IMG/VR virus record: IMGVR_UViG_3300012940_000002
Location: 1-56,198 of that record
Strand: one strand, 5' to 3'
Length of the DNA: 56,198 bases
Source: a virus
Taxonomy: Duplodnaviria; Caudoviricetes
The notes under the pieces were generated by a model. It was not told the origin of the DNA and did not search any database. It saw only the letters and a program-made list of their open reading frames with translations. Below, piece after piece: positions 10,017 to 19,411 of this stretch. Made by a program: the position numbers and the translations under genes. The stretch's first letter is position 1, and every line of letters starts with the position of its first letter.

Positions 10017-10363
10017 TGAGTAGTGGCGTTGGTCGACACAAAACGATCAGACAGGCAATGGAGTTCGTGTCTCGAAACCCGGAGTGGCCGGACACGCCTC
10101 GCCTCGATATGCCTGTCTGGGAGCTTATTACCCGTAACCTGTTCGACATCTCTCAGAGCGAAGATATGAGTAAGGGTATCATGATCAAGAGGACGCGTGC
10201 TCAGAAGGTCATTCTGAACCGTATGACCGGTACCCGACGCACTGGCACCGCTCCGGCAATCAGAAACGCAAAGGAGGTCATCATCTACGACCTCGCTGCC
10301 GGTCATGCTGGCCACGAAGAGGCGCAAGAGCAGGAAGCATCCCCGGTTGAGGTAACACTGTGA
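10016..10363 (+). CDS. Hypothetical protein, possibly terminase-small-subunit-like
   Basis: Coupled to terL; helical segment AQKVILNRMTG. Confidence 0.6.
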   Translation: MSSGVGRHKTIRQAMEFVSRNPEWPDTPRLDMPVWELITRNLFDISQSEDMSKGIMIKRTRAQKVILNRMTGTRRTGTAPAIRNAKEVIIYDLAAGHAGHEEAQEQEASPVEVTL

Positions 10364-10647
10364 GCAACGCACTCGTCCCTACTGGTCGGAAACTCCGCAC
10401 AGAGACTCCGAGAGATGTCAAGAGCAGCAGCGACACCAGGCTTGAGTGGATGTGGGACCAGCGACTCGCTGTCGTCGCCAACATCTACTATCGGTCACCG
10501 GATATCCTGGACCGAATGGCTGCTCGCCTGATCCTAGACGCTATCATGGCTATGAATCTAGCTTCGATAGAACTTGTTCTGCAACGGATCGAAGGTGCTC
10601 CAGTGTCTGATCAGACAATCGTGGAAGGGGACTCTCTAGTCCTCTGA
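10360..10647 (+). CDS. Hypothetical protein, possibly terminase-small-subunit-like
   Basis: GTGA overlap; helical hairpin ending ASIELVLQRIEGAP. Confidence 0.6.
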   Translation: MSNALVPTGRKLRTETPRDVKSSSDTRLEWMWDQRLAVVANIYYRSPDILDRMAARLILDAIMAMNLASIELVLQRIEGAPVSDQTIVEGDSLVL

Positions 10648-10894
10648 CCGCAGGTGGAACAGGTCGCGTTTCTAGCCGAACTTGTTTGATAGCCTTAGCA
10701 ACGGCATCGTTACACGAAGCACAGTCACACTCTAGCCTGTGCCAGTACGCCTCTTCTAGAGAGTACGTTACAGGCATTTGTCTATCTTTCACCCGTAACG
10801 CGTTGATCGGGTTGCGCTCATTCTCGATCCGCCACCTGCGTTGCTGCTCGACCAGCTTCCAGCGTCGGTAAGACGGGTCAGTCTTTCGAGGCAT
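10550..10894 (-). CDS. Hypothetical basic protein with HxxxCxCxxC
   Basis: TGATG-coupled to the upstream minus gene; its 3' end overlaps the convergent gene by 98 nt. Confidence 0.6.
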   Translation of the reverse strand: MPRKTDPSYRRWKLVEQQRRWRIENERNPINALRVKDRQMPVTYSLEEAYWHRLECDCASCNDAVAKAIKQVRLETRPVPPAVRGLESPLPRLSDQTLEHLRSVAEQVLSKLDS

Positions 10895-11469
10895 CAGTCG
10901 ACGGGATCAGTGTCCAGGACCCCGGCTTCGTATTCCGGGATCAACTGCAAACACATGGGCTTGCGCCGCTCGACTCGGAAGCCCTTCGGTACGTCGTAGG
11001 CTTTGCCGACAGGACGACCGAGGATGGTCGTCTTGCGCTCCTTGCCGAAGTAGTCTCGAAGGATCTTGTTGATGTGACGTAGGTGCATGTTGGCGCTACC
11101 GTTGGAAGCACCGCCTTGCCACCGGTCTGGATCAACTCGCTCCTCTTCCTGGATCTGCTTGATGGTCTTCCCGGTCACAGTCTCGAAGATCATCACGGCA
11201 TTCACCTTATGACCCTTGACTCGGGTTGAAGGACGCAGGTTACGAAGGAACCAGCGGACCTCTCTCTCCCACTCAACGAGAGCGGGATTTTCGTCAATAG
11301 CCCAGTCAGCCCTTGTGAGAGGCATGATACCTCTCTGGTTACGAGGCTTGATAATCTCCTGGACTTCCTCAGCCGTCTTACCTGGCTTCGCTGTACTCGG
11401 GAAGAGTCCGCCAAACTCTTGACGGAGTGCCGACTCCAGGTCTTGCAACTCCCTACTCGTATCGCTCAT
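10894..11469 (-). CDS. Hypothetical protein
   Basis: ATG at 11469 after GGAAGGAA; own promoter upstream. Confidence 0.75.
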   Translation of the reverse strand: MSDTSRELQDLESALRQEFGGLFPSTAKPGKTAEEVQEIIKPRNQRGIMPLTRADWAIDENPALVEWEREVRWFLRNLRPSTRVKGHKVNAVMIFETVTGKTIKQIQEEERVDPDRWQGGASNGSANMHLRHINKILRDYFGKERKTTILGRPVGKAYDVPKGFRVERRKPMCLQLIPEYEAGVLDTDPVD

Positions 11470-11501
11470 GGTTTCCTTCCGACGCATGGGGGCGTGACCC
11501 C

Positions 11502-11510
11502 ATTGTAACA
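11502..11510 (-). promoter_or_regulatory. Extended -10 promoter TGT-TACAAT
   Basis: Directly after a terminator and about 35 nt before ATG 11469. Confidence 0.5.
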
Positions 11511-11511
11511 T

Positions 11512-11548
11512 AAAAAGAAAAAGAGGGGTGGCCGAAGCCACCCCTCTT
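11512..11548 (-). terminator. Intrinsic terminator after prim-pol
   Basis: 12-bp stem AAGAGGGGTGGC, TTCG loop, followed by a T-tract on the minus strand. Confidence 0.85.
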
Positions 11549-11564
11549 GATGCTGAACGTATTG

Positions 11565-12386
11565 CTAGTGCCTGCTGTACTTCAGAATGTTCCTGATGAT
11601 TCCCGTGACTTCGTCTTGCGGGAGACCCAGTTCGTCACCACGATCGTAGATTTCACGATCCCACTCTGGGAAGTTGGACGCATACATCTGGCTACCGATT
11701 GCGTACAACCTCTGGTTACGAGTGCCCTCCTTGGCGGGCATCTCTAGCTGAGTCCGAAGACGGTCGTGGATGATGACGAGTTCGTCAGGACCCAGAGCCT
11801 CGGTCCCGTTCTTCGTGAGCCGCACAGTCCGACGAACGTCCTGTGCATTGGTCAGAAGATCGTGGAGGCTCCTTGGAAGGGGTGCTACATCCAAGGTGTT
11901 CCACTTTTGACCAGGGTAGTGGTAAACCACTCCCGAACCACGGACGTCGACGCCACGGACGATACCGTTGTGATCCTCCATTTCGTTGTACCCGCGTCGT
12001 GCGTCCAGCTTGGCACCCTCGACCTCGTAGAACAGGTGGTACCCGTTCCCACTTTTGCTACGCTCCGCCAGAGTCGGAGGTAGTTGGAGCACACGAGCGA
12101 TTTCGACTCCGCCGTTCTTTCCATCGATGTCGATCGCCACGTATGGGATGCTCCGCATGATGATCGCGAACGGCTGTTTGAATCGCTCGTAGTACGAGAT
12201 GGACTTTTGCAGAGCGAACTTCCCTTTGCTCAAGTTCTCCATGAAGTCCGCTGCACCCCAGCCAGTCTCAGTCTTCCCGTTTGGCAGGAGCCTCACGAGA
12301 GCGAGTGACCCGAACTGGTAGAAGGCCTCAGGTAACGGAACTGCGTCCGTGTACTGAGAGTTGTCTTGGAACCACAGATCTTTCAT
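11565..12386 (-). CDS. Bifunctional DNA primase/polymerase (AEP prim-pol) with PriCT-like C-terminus
   Basis: AIDIDGK, SKSGNGYHLFY, VDVRG and EGTRN motifs. Confidence 0.88.
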   Translation of the reverse strand: MKDLWFQDNSQYTDAVPLPEAFYQFGSLALVRLLPNGKTETGWGAADFMENLSKGKFALQKSISYYERFKQPFAIIMRSIPYVAIDIDGKNGGVEIARVLQLPPTLAERSKSGNGYHLFYEVEGAKLDARRGYNEMEDHNGIVRGVDVRGSGVVYHYPGQKWNTLDVAPLPRSLHDLLTNAQDVRRTVRLTKNGTEALGPDELVIIHDRLRTQLEMPAKEGTRNQRLYAIGSQMYASNFPEWDREIYDRGDELGLPQDEVTGIIRNILKYSRH

Positions 12387-12389
12387 TAC

Positions 12390-13754
12390 TCATTCCTCGT
12401 CTTGCTTGAACAGACTCAGAGCGTTGAGCGTAGCGGGACGGACTTCCGTGATGATGCGTCGAGTCGCTGGACGACCCGCCTCACGACGAGTCTTGCGCTC
12501 GATGATGAAGTATTCACCCATCATGTCCCAGATGTCGCTGAGCGTACGCTCACCGTACCCCTGGTTATGCAGCCACGGTTGTAGCGCGTCAGCCAGTATG
12601 TCTGCCTTGTACTCGCCTGACATCAGCTCACTAAGGATCTTAGTATCCTTGCGAGAGATGTCTTCGAGGAACGAGAGCATAGGACTGGTGTCCACCATGT
12701 GCTCGATCTGAAGCCCGACACTCTCCTGAGACGGATTCAGCTTGGAGCTAAGTTCCGACTCATCGACCCAATGCTCCCAGAGCAGGGTCAGGAGAGCGTC
12801 GAGCATCTTCTCGCTCTGCATGTAATTCAGGAAGTTCAAATCGTTCGCATACTTGTTCGGGAACTGAAACCGAACGATTCGATCCTGAAGTGCGGGCGAC
12901 TTGTCCCGTGCCTTCGGTTCCTTATTGAGCGCTTCGATGAACAGTGCGTTGGTTTGAACTTCGAAAGGCTCGTTCTCGTACTTGAGTTCGATAACGAGTG
13001 GCTCACCTGCTGTCAGCGTCTTCTCCGGCCCTGACTCAGAGATGTACTTCTGAGGGCCATCGAAGACGATGTTGGCGAGTTTATTGTTCAGTGTATTCAG
13101 GATAGGTCGCTGTGCGGCCATGGCCTGACGCTGAACGCCACTGATATTACTCTTACCCAGCAGCTTGACCAGCATCTTGAGCAGTGTACCTTTACCGTTG
13201 CGCCCTCCTCCGAGAAGCAGGAGATACCTCACTGCTGCCCACCCAGGCTGCAAGGCTGTCGCTAGATGGTACAGCAGGGAGTGCGCTTGGTCTTCACTGT
13301 TCAGCCAGCCCGAGATGATTTTAAACAGTTCTTCTACGTACTTGTAGTCAGATGACTCCTTGTCAATGATCGTGTGCGGAATGAAGTTGGGAGCGAAATC
13401 TCCCGTGTTGTGAGGTATCAATCCCAAGTCGGTCATGCGAGTCAGGCCGAGAGCCGTCTTGACAACGACGTAGTTGACTGTGTTGTCTTCCTCCGTCGTC
13501 ATCTGCTGCAACATGTACCTGAAACTGAAGAAGTCACTCGGAGTCGGGAACAGAATGTCCAGTGTTCGAGTGCGCTTCCTCAGTTCCTTGTTGTTTAGTT
13601 CGATCCAGACTGTGCGATCCGGAGCGGGATTGTCCTCTCGTGTCTCGTAGTCCACTGGAATGTACATCAGACCGTTGTACGTTCGAATGTCTACGACTTG
13701 CGCCATGGCTATCGCAACCTGAATCAATTCAGGCTTAGACAGGACCCTAGGCAT
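12390..13754 (-). CDS. D5-like SF3 helicase
   Basis: Walker A GGGRNGKGT, KTLTAGE, KYENEP, DRIVRFQF; adjacent to prim-pol. Confidence 0.85.
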   Translation of the reverse strand: MPRVLSKPELIQVAIAMAQVVDIRTYNGLMYIPVDYETREDNPAPDRTVWIELNNKELRKRTRTLDILFPTPSDFFSFRYMLQQMTTEEDNTVNYVVVKTALGLTRMTDLGLIPHNTGDFAPNFIPHTIIDKESSDYKYVEELFKIISGWLNSEDQAHSLLYHLATALQPGWAAVRYLLLLGGGRNGKGTLLKMLVKLLGKSNISGVQRQAMAAQRPILNTLNNKLANIVFDGPQKYISESGPEKTLTAGEPLVIELKYENEPFEVQTNALFIEALNKEPKARDKSPALQDRIVRFQFPNKYANDLNFLNYMQSEKMLDALLTLLWEHWVDESELSSKLNPSQESVGLQIEHMVDTSPMLSFLEDISRKDTKILSELMSGEYKADILADALQPWLHNQGYGERTLSDIWDMMGEYFIIERKTRREAGRPATRRIITEVRPATLNALSLFKQDEE

Positions 13755-13893
13755 TGATGCTGAGCCTCGTGCTTGACTGATCAAGACGACGAATCATCTT
13801 GATCTTTTCTTCGATCCGTATACGTTCTACTGCTTTTAGGTCTTCGTAGACCAGCATACAGAGATACCGAAGGATCTCTTGTTCCACCAACAT
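13747..13893 (-). CDS. 48-aa hypothetical protein (not in ORF track)
   Basis: MLVEQEILRYLCMLVYEDLKAVERIRIEEKIKMIRRLDQSSTRLSINA; RBS AAAGAGG; fills the gap between the two helicases. Confidence 0.55.
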   Translation of the reverse strand: MLVEQEILRYLCMLVYEDLKAVERIRIEEKIKMIRRLDQSSTRLSINA

Positions 13894-13944
13894 TGCGCCC
13901 TCTTTCAGCGTTTCGAGACTCTACTAATTATCACATGCTTGGCA

Positions 13945-15168
13945 CTAGAAGGTAGCCTTGACCACGAGGCGTGGCCGAGAGTCCCCGACTCCACGGGGCA
14001 GGATTCGACCGATGAGCTGTCGACGGAGCGCGTCGTCTCCTTCGAAGTCATCAAGGATCAGCATCGACGTACACACCTTGTCAACACCATCCATCCCGGT
14101 TGCGATTGCTGTTGTACCGATGAGCCAGCCACCCTCGGCTTCGATGAACTGCTGCTTGATCGGTTCAACCCGACCGGCAGCAGTGGCGTCACCATCGATG
14201 AGGAAGGTGTTGTCCGTAACAGTCTTGTAGAGTGCTTTGGCCACGTCCTTATGGAAGCAGAAGATCATCCACTTCTTTCGGTCGGGATACTTAGACAGCT
14301 CCTTAGAGACAGCATTCAGGACTTCTTGACGGAAGCGACCATGGTCGTCGATGAACCTGTGGCTCACACGCGCGTGTCGCTTCTCCATCTCACTGTTCAT
14401 GACTTTCTGCTCACGCTTATTTACATTGTACAGCTCGAACAGAAAATTCATTGGAGCAGGAAGGTAGAGTGTAACCTCGTCCCACGTCGCTTTGTCCTCG
14501 ATGTACGACACCCACGGTCGAGACCGCAGGAAGTCGATCGCCGAGTCGAACCGCTTGAACGGTCTGTGCGTATCGACATCGGGAATCATCGACCACCGAC
14601 TGGGATGACAGTTGCAGTTGTCCCACAGCCAGTCGATGTAGTTGCGGTTGGGAATCTCGTCACCAATGGACGTGAGGCAGAACACCCGCTCGGCGTCGTT
14701 ATAGTTCGGTGTAGCCGAACACATGATGAGGTCACCATTCCAGGAGCCCATCATGCGACTGAACTTCTTGAAGCCCGCCGCACTGTGACTACCGAGCATG
14801 TGGAACTCGTCAACAATCCAGGCCCAGTCCTTCTTGTCCTTGTAGGAAGTCTCGGGCATCCTGAACCTGTTGAACGTATGCACGACGATGTTCATGCCGA
14901 GTCGGTTACCGTCCCGGATCCAGCCTGCGTGGGCCGCAGTCGGAGCGATGACCATCACGTTCTTGTGACCACGAGATGCGATGAGAGCGAGTGCAGTCTT
15001 GGTCTTGCCTTCTCCTGTTGGGAAGAAGAGCAACTGCCGCTTGAGGGAGGCGCCCCACGTGAGGTACGCCTCCCTCTGCGACTGAGACCAAGCCTCGAAC
15101 CGAGTCTTGACAGGCAGATGTTCCTCTGCCTCCCGGAAAATTTTCTCAGCTTCGTCCCAGGTAACCAT
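13945..15168 (-). CDS. SF2 DNA helicase
   Basis: PTGEGKT, IVDEFH, SATP, TGMDG and QLIGRILP motifs. Confidence 0.9.
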   Translation of the reverse strand: MVTWDEAEKIFREAEEHLPVKTRFEAWSQSQREAYLTWGASLKRQLLFFPTGEGKTKTALALIASRGHKNVMVIAPTAAHAGWIRDGNRLGMNIVVHTFNRFRMPETSYKDKKDWAWIVDEFHMLGSHSAAGFKKFSRMMGSWNGDLIMCSATPNYNDAERVFCLTSIGDEIPNRNYIDWLWDNCNCHPSRWSMIPDVDTHRPFKRFDSAIDFLRSRPWVSYIEDKATWDEVTLYLPAPMNFLFELYNVNKREQKVMNSEMEKRHARVSHRFIDDHGRFRQEVLNAVSKELSKYPDRKKWMIFCFHKDVAKALYKTVTDNTFLIDGDATAAGRVEPIKQQFIEAEGGWLIGTTAIATGMDGVDKVCTSMLILDDFEGDDALRRQLIGRILPRGVGDSRPRLVVKATF

Positions 15169-15893
15169 CAGAGCTCGTCACTGTCCTCGTCAAGAGAGTG
15201 CATCCGACCGTAGCGGGCCGATGCCTCGCGGACCGCCGCGGTGAGTCGCGGGATCAGGTCACCGGACTGGAAGGACACTCCGGCGTCGTACAGCGTCCGG
15301 AAGAGAGCCTGCGCGAGATCGCGCTCGTCGCTGTCCTCGTCGGTGGAGTGCATCCGACCGTACTGCTCCATGAGCCGACCCTCAGTCTGGTCAAGCTGAG
15401 GGTTGGACTTCTCGCGGAGAGCCTTCTTAGAGGTGTACTCCTTGACAGTCTCGGCTTCGATGAGTCCGCCAGTCTCTTCCTGAACCTGCTTGACAATCTT
15501 GCCGTAACCGAGAACATCGTTGATGTTGTCTGCGTAGTCAGGCGTCACCTTGAAGCGGTACGCCTTGTACAGAGCCATCATCATCATCATGTCGGCAGGC
15601 GTGATGACATCGATACCGAGGTACCCGTTCCACATCTTCGCTACACGCTCAGCGTTCTCGGTTACGTTGCCGTAGGTGCTGCGTCGTCCTTCGAGCAGAG
15701 TGTCAGTCTCGTCTTTCTCGGTGTCGGTCGGCGGTGTGCCGCTCTTGGCCCACGGGTCCTCGACCGGTTCTGGGGCCTCGTTGACCTTCTGAGTCTCCGG
15801 ATTGATGCCCCAGCCCTCGCACCATTCCTCGTTGTTCGGTCCCCACGAGTGCATCGAGTGGGGCTCTTCCTTGAAGCAGTGCCTGCTTTTCAT
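15168..15893 (-). CDS. DUF6378-like phage protein
   Basis: RRSTYG...AKMWNGYL...MMALYKAYR...DNINDVLGY pattern; C-terminal YGRMHSxDEDSDE duplicated 150 nt apart. Confidence 0.65.
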   Translation of the reverse strand: MKSRHCFKEEPHSMHSWGPNNEEWCEGWGINPETQKVNEAPEPVEDPWAKSGTPPTDTEKDETDTLLEGRRSTYGNVTENAERVAKMWNGYLGIDVITPADMMMMMALYKAYRFKVTPDYADNINDVLGYGKIVKQVQEETGGLIEAETVKEYTSKKALREKSNPQLDQTEGRLMEQYGRMHSTDEDSDERDLAQALFRTLYDAGVSFQSGDLIPRLTAAVREASARYGRMHSLDEDSDEL

Positions 15894-15899
15894 TGTCTA

Positions 15900-16232
15900 T
15901 CAGTTTCCTTCCATCCTGATATTCTGCATGGTCTTGTAGAGCTTCGTTCGCTCCCTGGCATCGAGACCTCCGTAGACACCGTGTCGCACTGCCCGGTTGC
16001 CGTCGGATGCCACGAGTTTCTTTGGGGCCTCGTTCTTCATAGCCCAGATGAGACACTCCATCCGCGCCTTGCAGTGGTTGTTACAGAATTCCTTTGCCTC
16101 CTTGATGTCGTCTTTGTTGTCGGAGAAGAAGTCATTGAGATCCTTCCCGACACACGCAGCTCTATCCATCCAGGCTTCTCGAAGAGGAGGCGTGAAGTCT
16201 GTTACTGCGTCGATGTAGATGTGAGCACCCAC
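15900..16232 (-). CDS. whiB: WhiB-family transcription factor
   Basis: WMDRAAC...FF...AKEFCNNHC...C...HGVYGG (four Cys plus a GVWGG-like turn). Confidence 0.9.
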   Translation of the reverse strand: MGAHIYIDAVTDFTPPLREAWMDRAACVGKDLNDFFSDNKDDIKEAKEFCNNHCKARMECLIWAMKNEAPKKLVASDGNRAVRHGVYGGLDARERTKLYKTMQNIRMEGN

Positions 16233-16747
16233 GGCTCTCCTTCAACGTTGTCGAGGATGAACTGATAGATCATCTGATTGAGAATCGGAATACCGATCGC
16301 AACCTTGAGCGCCACCCTCGAAGCGCTCTTGAGATCCGAGTGGTTCGTGTTGACACGGAACCTATTAACCTTGAATAGCCGAAGCATGTCTTCGGTCACT
16401 ACGTTCTTAATGCCGGTGTTGTCTACAACCTGACTACCAGGCAGGAGTTCTTTGATCTTCTGTACCATGTACAGCATCTGCTTATCCTGCTTCTGGTTAC
16501 GACCACGTTGCCGGAACCCTTCGATTCCAACGAACGTGGGTGCCGCATCTTCCTCGTTCTTTACGAACAGGGCGACCTGTCGCTTGAACAGAGGATCGAT
16601 GATCACAACATTCTTTTCGATCTTCGACACGTCATTCCACACCTGATGGTGGATTGACCACGTCTTCGCTTTGCTGTCGAGGCGAATTGCCACGGCACCG
16701 GTGTCCCGGATGCCGGGGTCAATCCCGATCAGTGTGAGTAGAGTCAC
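16202..16747 (-). CDS. RuvC-like Holliday junction resolvase
   Basis: LIGIDPG, VGIE and NHSDLKSA motifs; GTG start after AAGGAG. Confidence 0.8.
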   Translation of the reverse strand: MTLLTLIGIDPGIRDTGAVAIRLDSKAKTWSIHHQVWNDVSKIEKNVVIIDPLFKRQVALFVKNEEDAAPTFVGIEGFRQRGRNQKQDKQMLYMVQKIKELLPGSQVVDNTGIKNVVTEDMLRLFKVNRFRVNTNHSDLKSASRVALKVAIGIPILNQMIYQFILDNVEGEPWVLTSTSTQ

Positions 16748-16805
16748 TGTTTCTCCTTGTTTGACTCGGTGGCGGGGCCATGTCACCAACCCCGCCACCG
16801 AGAAT

Positions 16806-19010
16806 TTACTTGATGTATCTGTACGCACTCTTGACGTCAACGACGATTGGGAAGTTCGGCAGTACCGAGGTACTGAAAGCCTCCTCAACCATCTTCTCAA
16901 CTTCTTCTCTCGTGTTTCCACCCTGCTGAGGCCACCAGTGGACGTTGACCTCATCGTGAAACTGTCCGATGATGTCGGCGTTCGGAACGAACTTGAGTCG
17001 CTGACGCAGAGCCATGAGGCTCTGGAAGAACAGTTCACGACAGAGAGACTGTGTCAGGATCCCTGCCAGCTTCCCACCGTAGATCGTGTACAGTGTGTCA
17101 CGCCCTGTCTTCGGGTGCTTGTAGCTCTTCACCCACATCTTGCCGTTCAGCCGATCGGCAGGCTTGTGGTAGCAGAGCTTGTCACCCTTGAAGTAGCAGC
17201 CGTGAACGAACCGAGTTACGATCGGTGAACCGTCTTCCAAGAGTAGTTGAACGCAGACAGACAGTGCACCGGGGTGCTCTGCTGTTACGCTCTCCAACTC
17301 GAACGGAGTGACCTGAACGATGAGACCGTTCCCGACCTCGACTGCTAGTTGCATGTTTGAGCGTACAGCATCCTTTATCACGTTGTCTAGGGTTTCCCAC
17401 AGAGCAACGATGTTCGGGTTCGCCGCACGCCAGTTCGATACGTCTTCCAGTGCCTGTTCGTCACTGATTTCGAAGCCGAGACGGAACATGAAGTCCTGCA
17501 GAGCCATAGCCGAAGCCTGGTAACCGCAAGAGAGCTCCGTGTACTTGCCTCTCGGTCGCTGCTCCTTCGTGACCTCTTCGTAGGGCACGTTGAAGAACAT
17601 CGATGCCAGAGCCTCGTAGACGTTCTTGCCCTCTCGATAGACTTGGAGCTTCCACTCCTCGCCAGCGATGTAAGCAAGCGCTCTCGACTCTACCGACGAG
17701 AAGTCACCAACAATGATCTCACCGTCTTCTTCGGGGTCTGGACCAGCGTAGAAGATCTGTCGGAACTGACCCGCCATGTCTCCGTTGGTCCACTCCACGT
17801 TGAAGTCGAAGAGTGTCTCCATGTCTCGAATCTCATTGTCGAGCCTCGCCAGGTTCTGCATCTGAACGCCACGAGCAGTGGTGCGGAACGTCTGTCCCGC
17901 TCCTGCGTGGACGTACTGGTCTCGGAGTCGCCCGTCTTCAGAGACCAAGTCGAGGACCTTGGGGAGCTTGCTGAGCGTGCTCCCGCCAATCTCTTCCTTG
18001 GTCTCGAGCAATGCCTTAACCTCGCTGAGCCTTTGCTTCTTGCGTAGCTGAGACTCGATGAGATCAGGGAACAGGTCGGAGTCGATCTCTTCCTGCAGTT
18101 CCTGCAGCTCCCGCTTGACCCTGGCCAGTACACCAGGCAGGTGGTACTTGTCCAGGCTCGTGACCTTTACGCCTCGTGACTCGCAGTAATCCTTGAGCTG
18201 CTTCGGCGAGCGGAAGTTGATGACGTCACCAGTCTCTGTGAGAAATTGGCGCTGAGCGATGACACCGTTCGCCCATGCCCTGCTCTTCATCTTGCTTACG
18301 AGACGAAGATCAGTCGGCCAACCGACCTGGTTCATCTCGTACGTGGCACGCTCGTAGAACGCTTCACGATGGAGCAGGAGCGGGTCGAACTGATCGAGGA
18401 TCTGTTTGGCAACGAGCCTGATTTCTCGAGAACCACGAGCGTCCATCTCGCAGTACTCAATGAAGCGCAGCCACTTGTCTAGGTGGCCATGCTTCTGAAT
18501 CAGTTCAGGTGTCGGGCCGTCCGGGTAGTACTCGTTCGGAATGCAGAACAGTCGGACGAGGTCGAAGCCCTCTTCCAGCTTGTGGGAGTGAGTCAACTGT
18601 CGTGAGGCCACGATCAGTTTAGACTCCGCTCCACACAGTCGAGCATCCACAGCACTGTCTTCGAACCGGAACGGGTCCGAGTCTGGAAACAGCCAGTGAG
18701 TCACAACCCGCTCGAACGTGGCGTTGTGTGCCATGATCGGGAGGTCCTTGTGGCCCTCCAACCATGTCATGAAGGCGATCGTCACGTCGTCGCCAGGGTC
18801 TCCGACGGGCTCACCCCTATCCCAGATGTTGTTGAACACCCAGTCGAAGGTGAGTTCTCCCTCAGAGTCCGCAACGCTAGCGATGAGTACTCGGAAGTCG
18901 GGGTCTGCCACGTAGTTGGGCAGACCCCTCGTCGTAAGGTCAGTACGAGACCACGTCTCGTAGTCGAGGCCGGTAACTTCTGGTTCGCTCACTGGAACCT
19001 CGACAGACAC
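16806..19010 (-). CDS. polA: Family A DNA polymerase with 3'-5' exonuclease
   Basis: Exonuclease DYET, HNATFE, YCEMD; motif A DFSSVESR, motif B RGKYTELSCGY, motif C FHDE. Confidence 0.93.
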   Translation of the reverse strand: MSVEVPVSEPEVTGLDYETWSRTDLTTRGLPNYVADPDFRVLIASVADSEGELTFDWVFNNIWDRGEPVGDPGDDVTIAFMTWLEGHKDLPIMAHNATFERVVTHWLFPDSDPFRFEDSAVDARLCGAESKLIVASRQLTHSHKLEEGFDLVRLFCIPNEYYPDGPTPELIQKHGHLDKWLRFIEYCEMDARGSREIRLVAKQILDQFDPLLLHREAFYERATYEMNQVGWPTDLRLVSKMKSRAWANGVIAQRQFLTETGDVINFRSPKQLKDYCESRGVKVTSLDKYHLPGVLARVKRELQELQEEIDSDLFPDLIESQLRKKQRLSEVKALLETKEEIGGSTLSKLPKVLDLVSEDGRLRDQYVHAGAGQTFRTTARGVQMQNLARLDNEIRDMETLFDFNVEWTNGDMAGQFRQIFYAGPDPEEDGEIIVGDFSSVESRALAYIAGEEWKLQVYREGKNVYEALASMFFNVPYEEVTKEQRPRGKYTELSCGYQASAMALQDFMFRLGFEISDEQALEDVSNWRAANPNIVALWETLDNVIKDAVRSNMQLAVEVGNGLIVQVTPFELESVTAEHPGALSVCVQLLLEDGSPIVTRFVHGCYFKGDKLCYHKPADRLNGKMWVKSYKHPKTGRDTLYTIYGGKLAGILTQSLCRELFFQSLMALRQRLKFVPNADIIGQFHDEVNVHWWPQQGGNTREEVEKMVEEAFSTSVLPNFPIVVDVKSAYRYIK

Positions 19011-19411
19011 TCGCCGATAGCCTTGCGCTCCTCGGAACTACTGAACGTGATCGCTCCGTCCAGTAGGTAGAAGAACGCAGACTCGATCACGTCGTTGATC
19101 GAGAGCAGGGTCCAGGGATCCTGCTGTGTTGCAAACTCTGCTCGAATGTTTTCCACCTTGAACGGCACGTAGCCGTCGTGAGGCGGAATCTCCGGCAGGT
19201 ATACCGTGTGGAACTCTTCCCACGTGAACTTGCCGTTGATGTCACTCAGAGCCGACCCACAGATCTCTGCTTCAAAGTCGTAGAAGGCGACGTAACCGTC
19301 GACCTCCAGGTAGCCAGCGACCGGCGTGTCGATGCCCGGCAAGTACCACAGGTATGCCGTGTCCGGCTCACAGTTACCCGTGCGGTAGCGCGGGTCAGGT
19401 AGGTTATTCAT
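18989..19411 (-). CDS. Hypothetical protein (140 aa)
   Basis: ORF overlapping both neighbours; RBS GGAG. Confidence 0.7.
   Translation of the reverse strand: MNNLPDPRYRTGNCEPDTAYLWYLPGIDTPVAGYLEVDGYVAFYDFEAEICGSALSDINGKFTWEEFHTVYLPEIPPHDGYVPFKVENIRAEFATQQDPWTLLSINDVIESAFFYLLDGAITFSSSEERKAIGECLSRFQ

Noticed and set aside
13879-15213. 444-aa + strand ORF
   Set aside because: Antisense shadow of the SF2 helicase
15177-15362. Duplicated segment as a DGR template/variable repeat pair
   Set aside because: Short in-frame duplication, no reverse transcriptase, differences not adenine-specific
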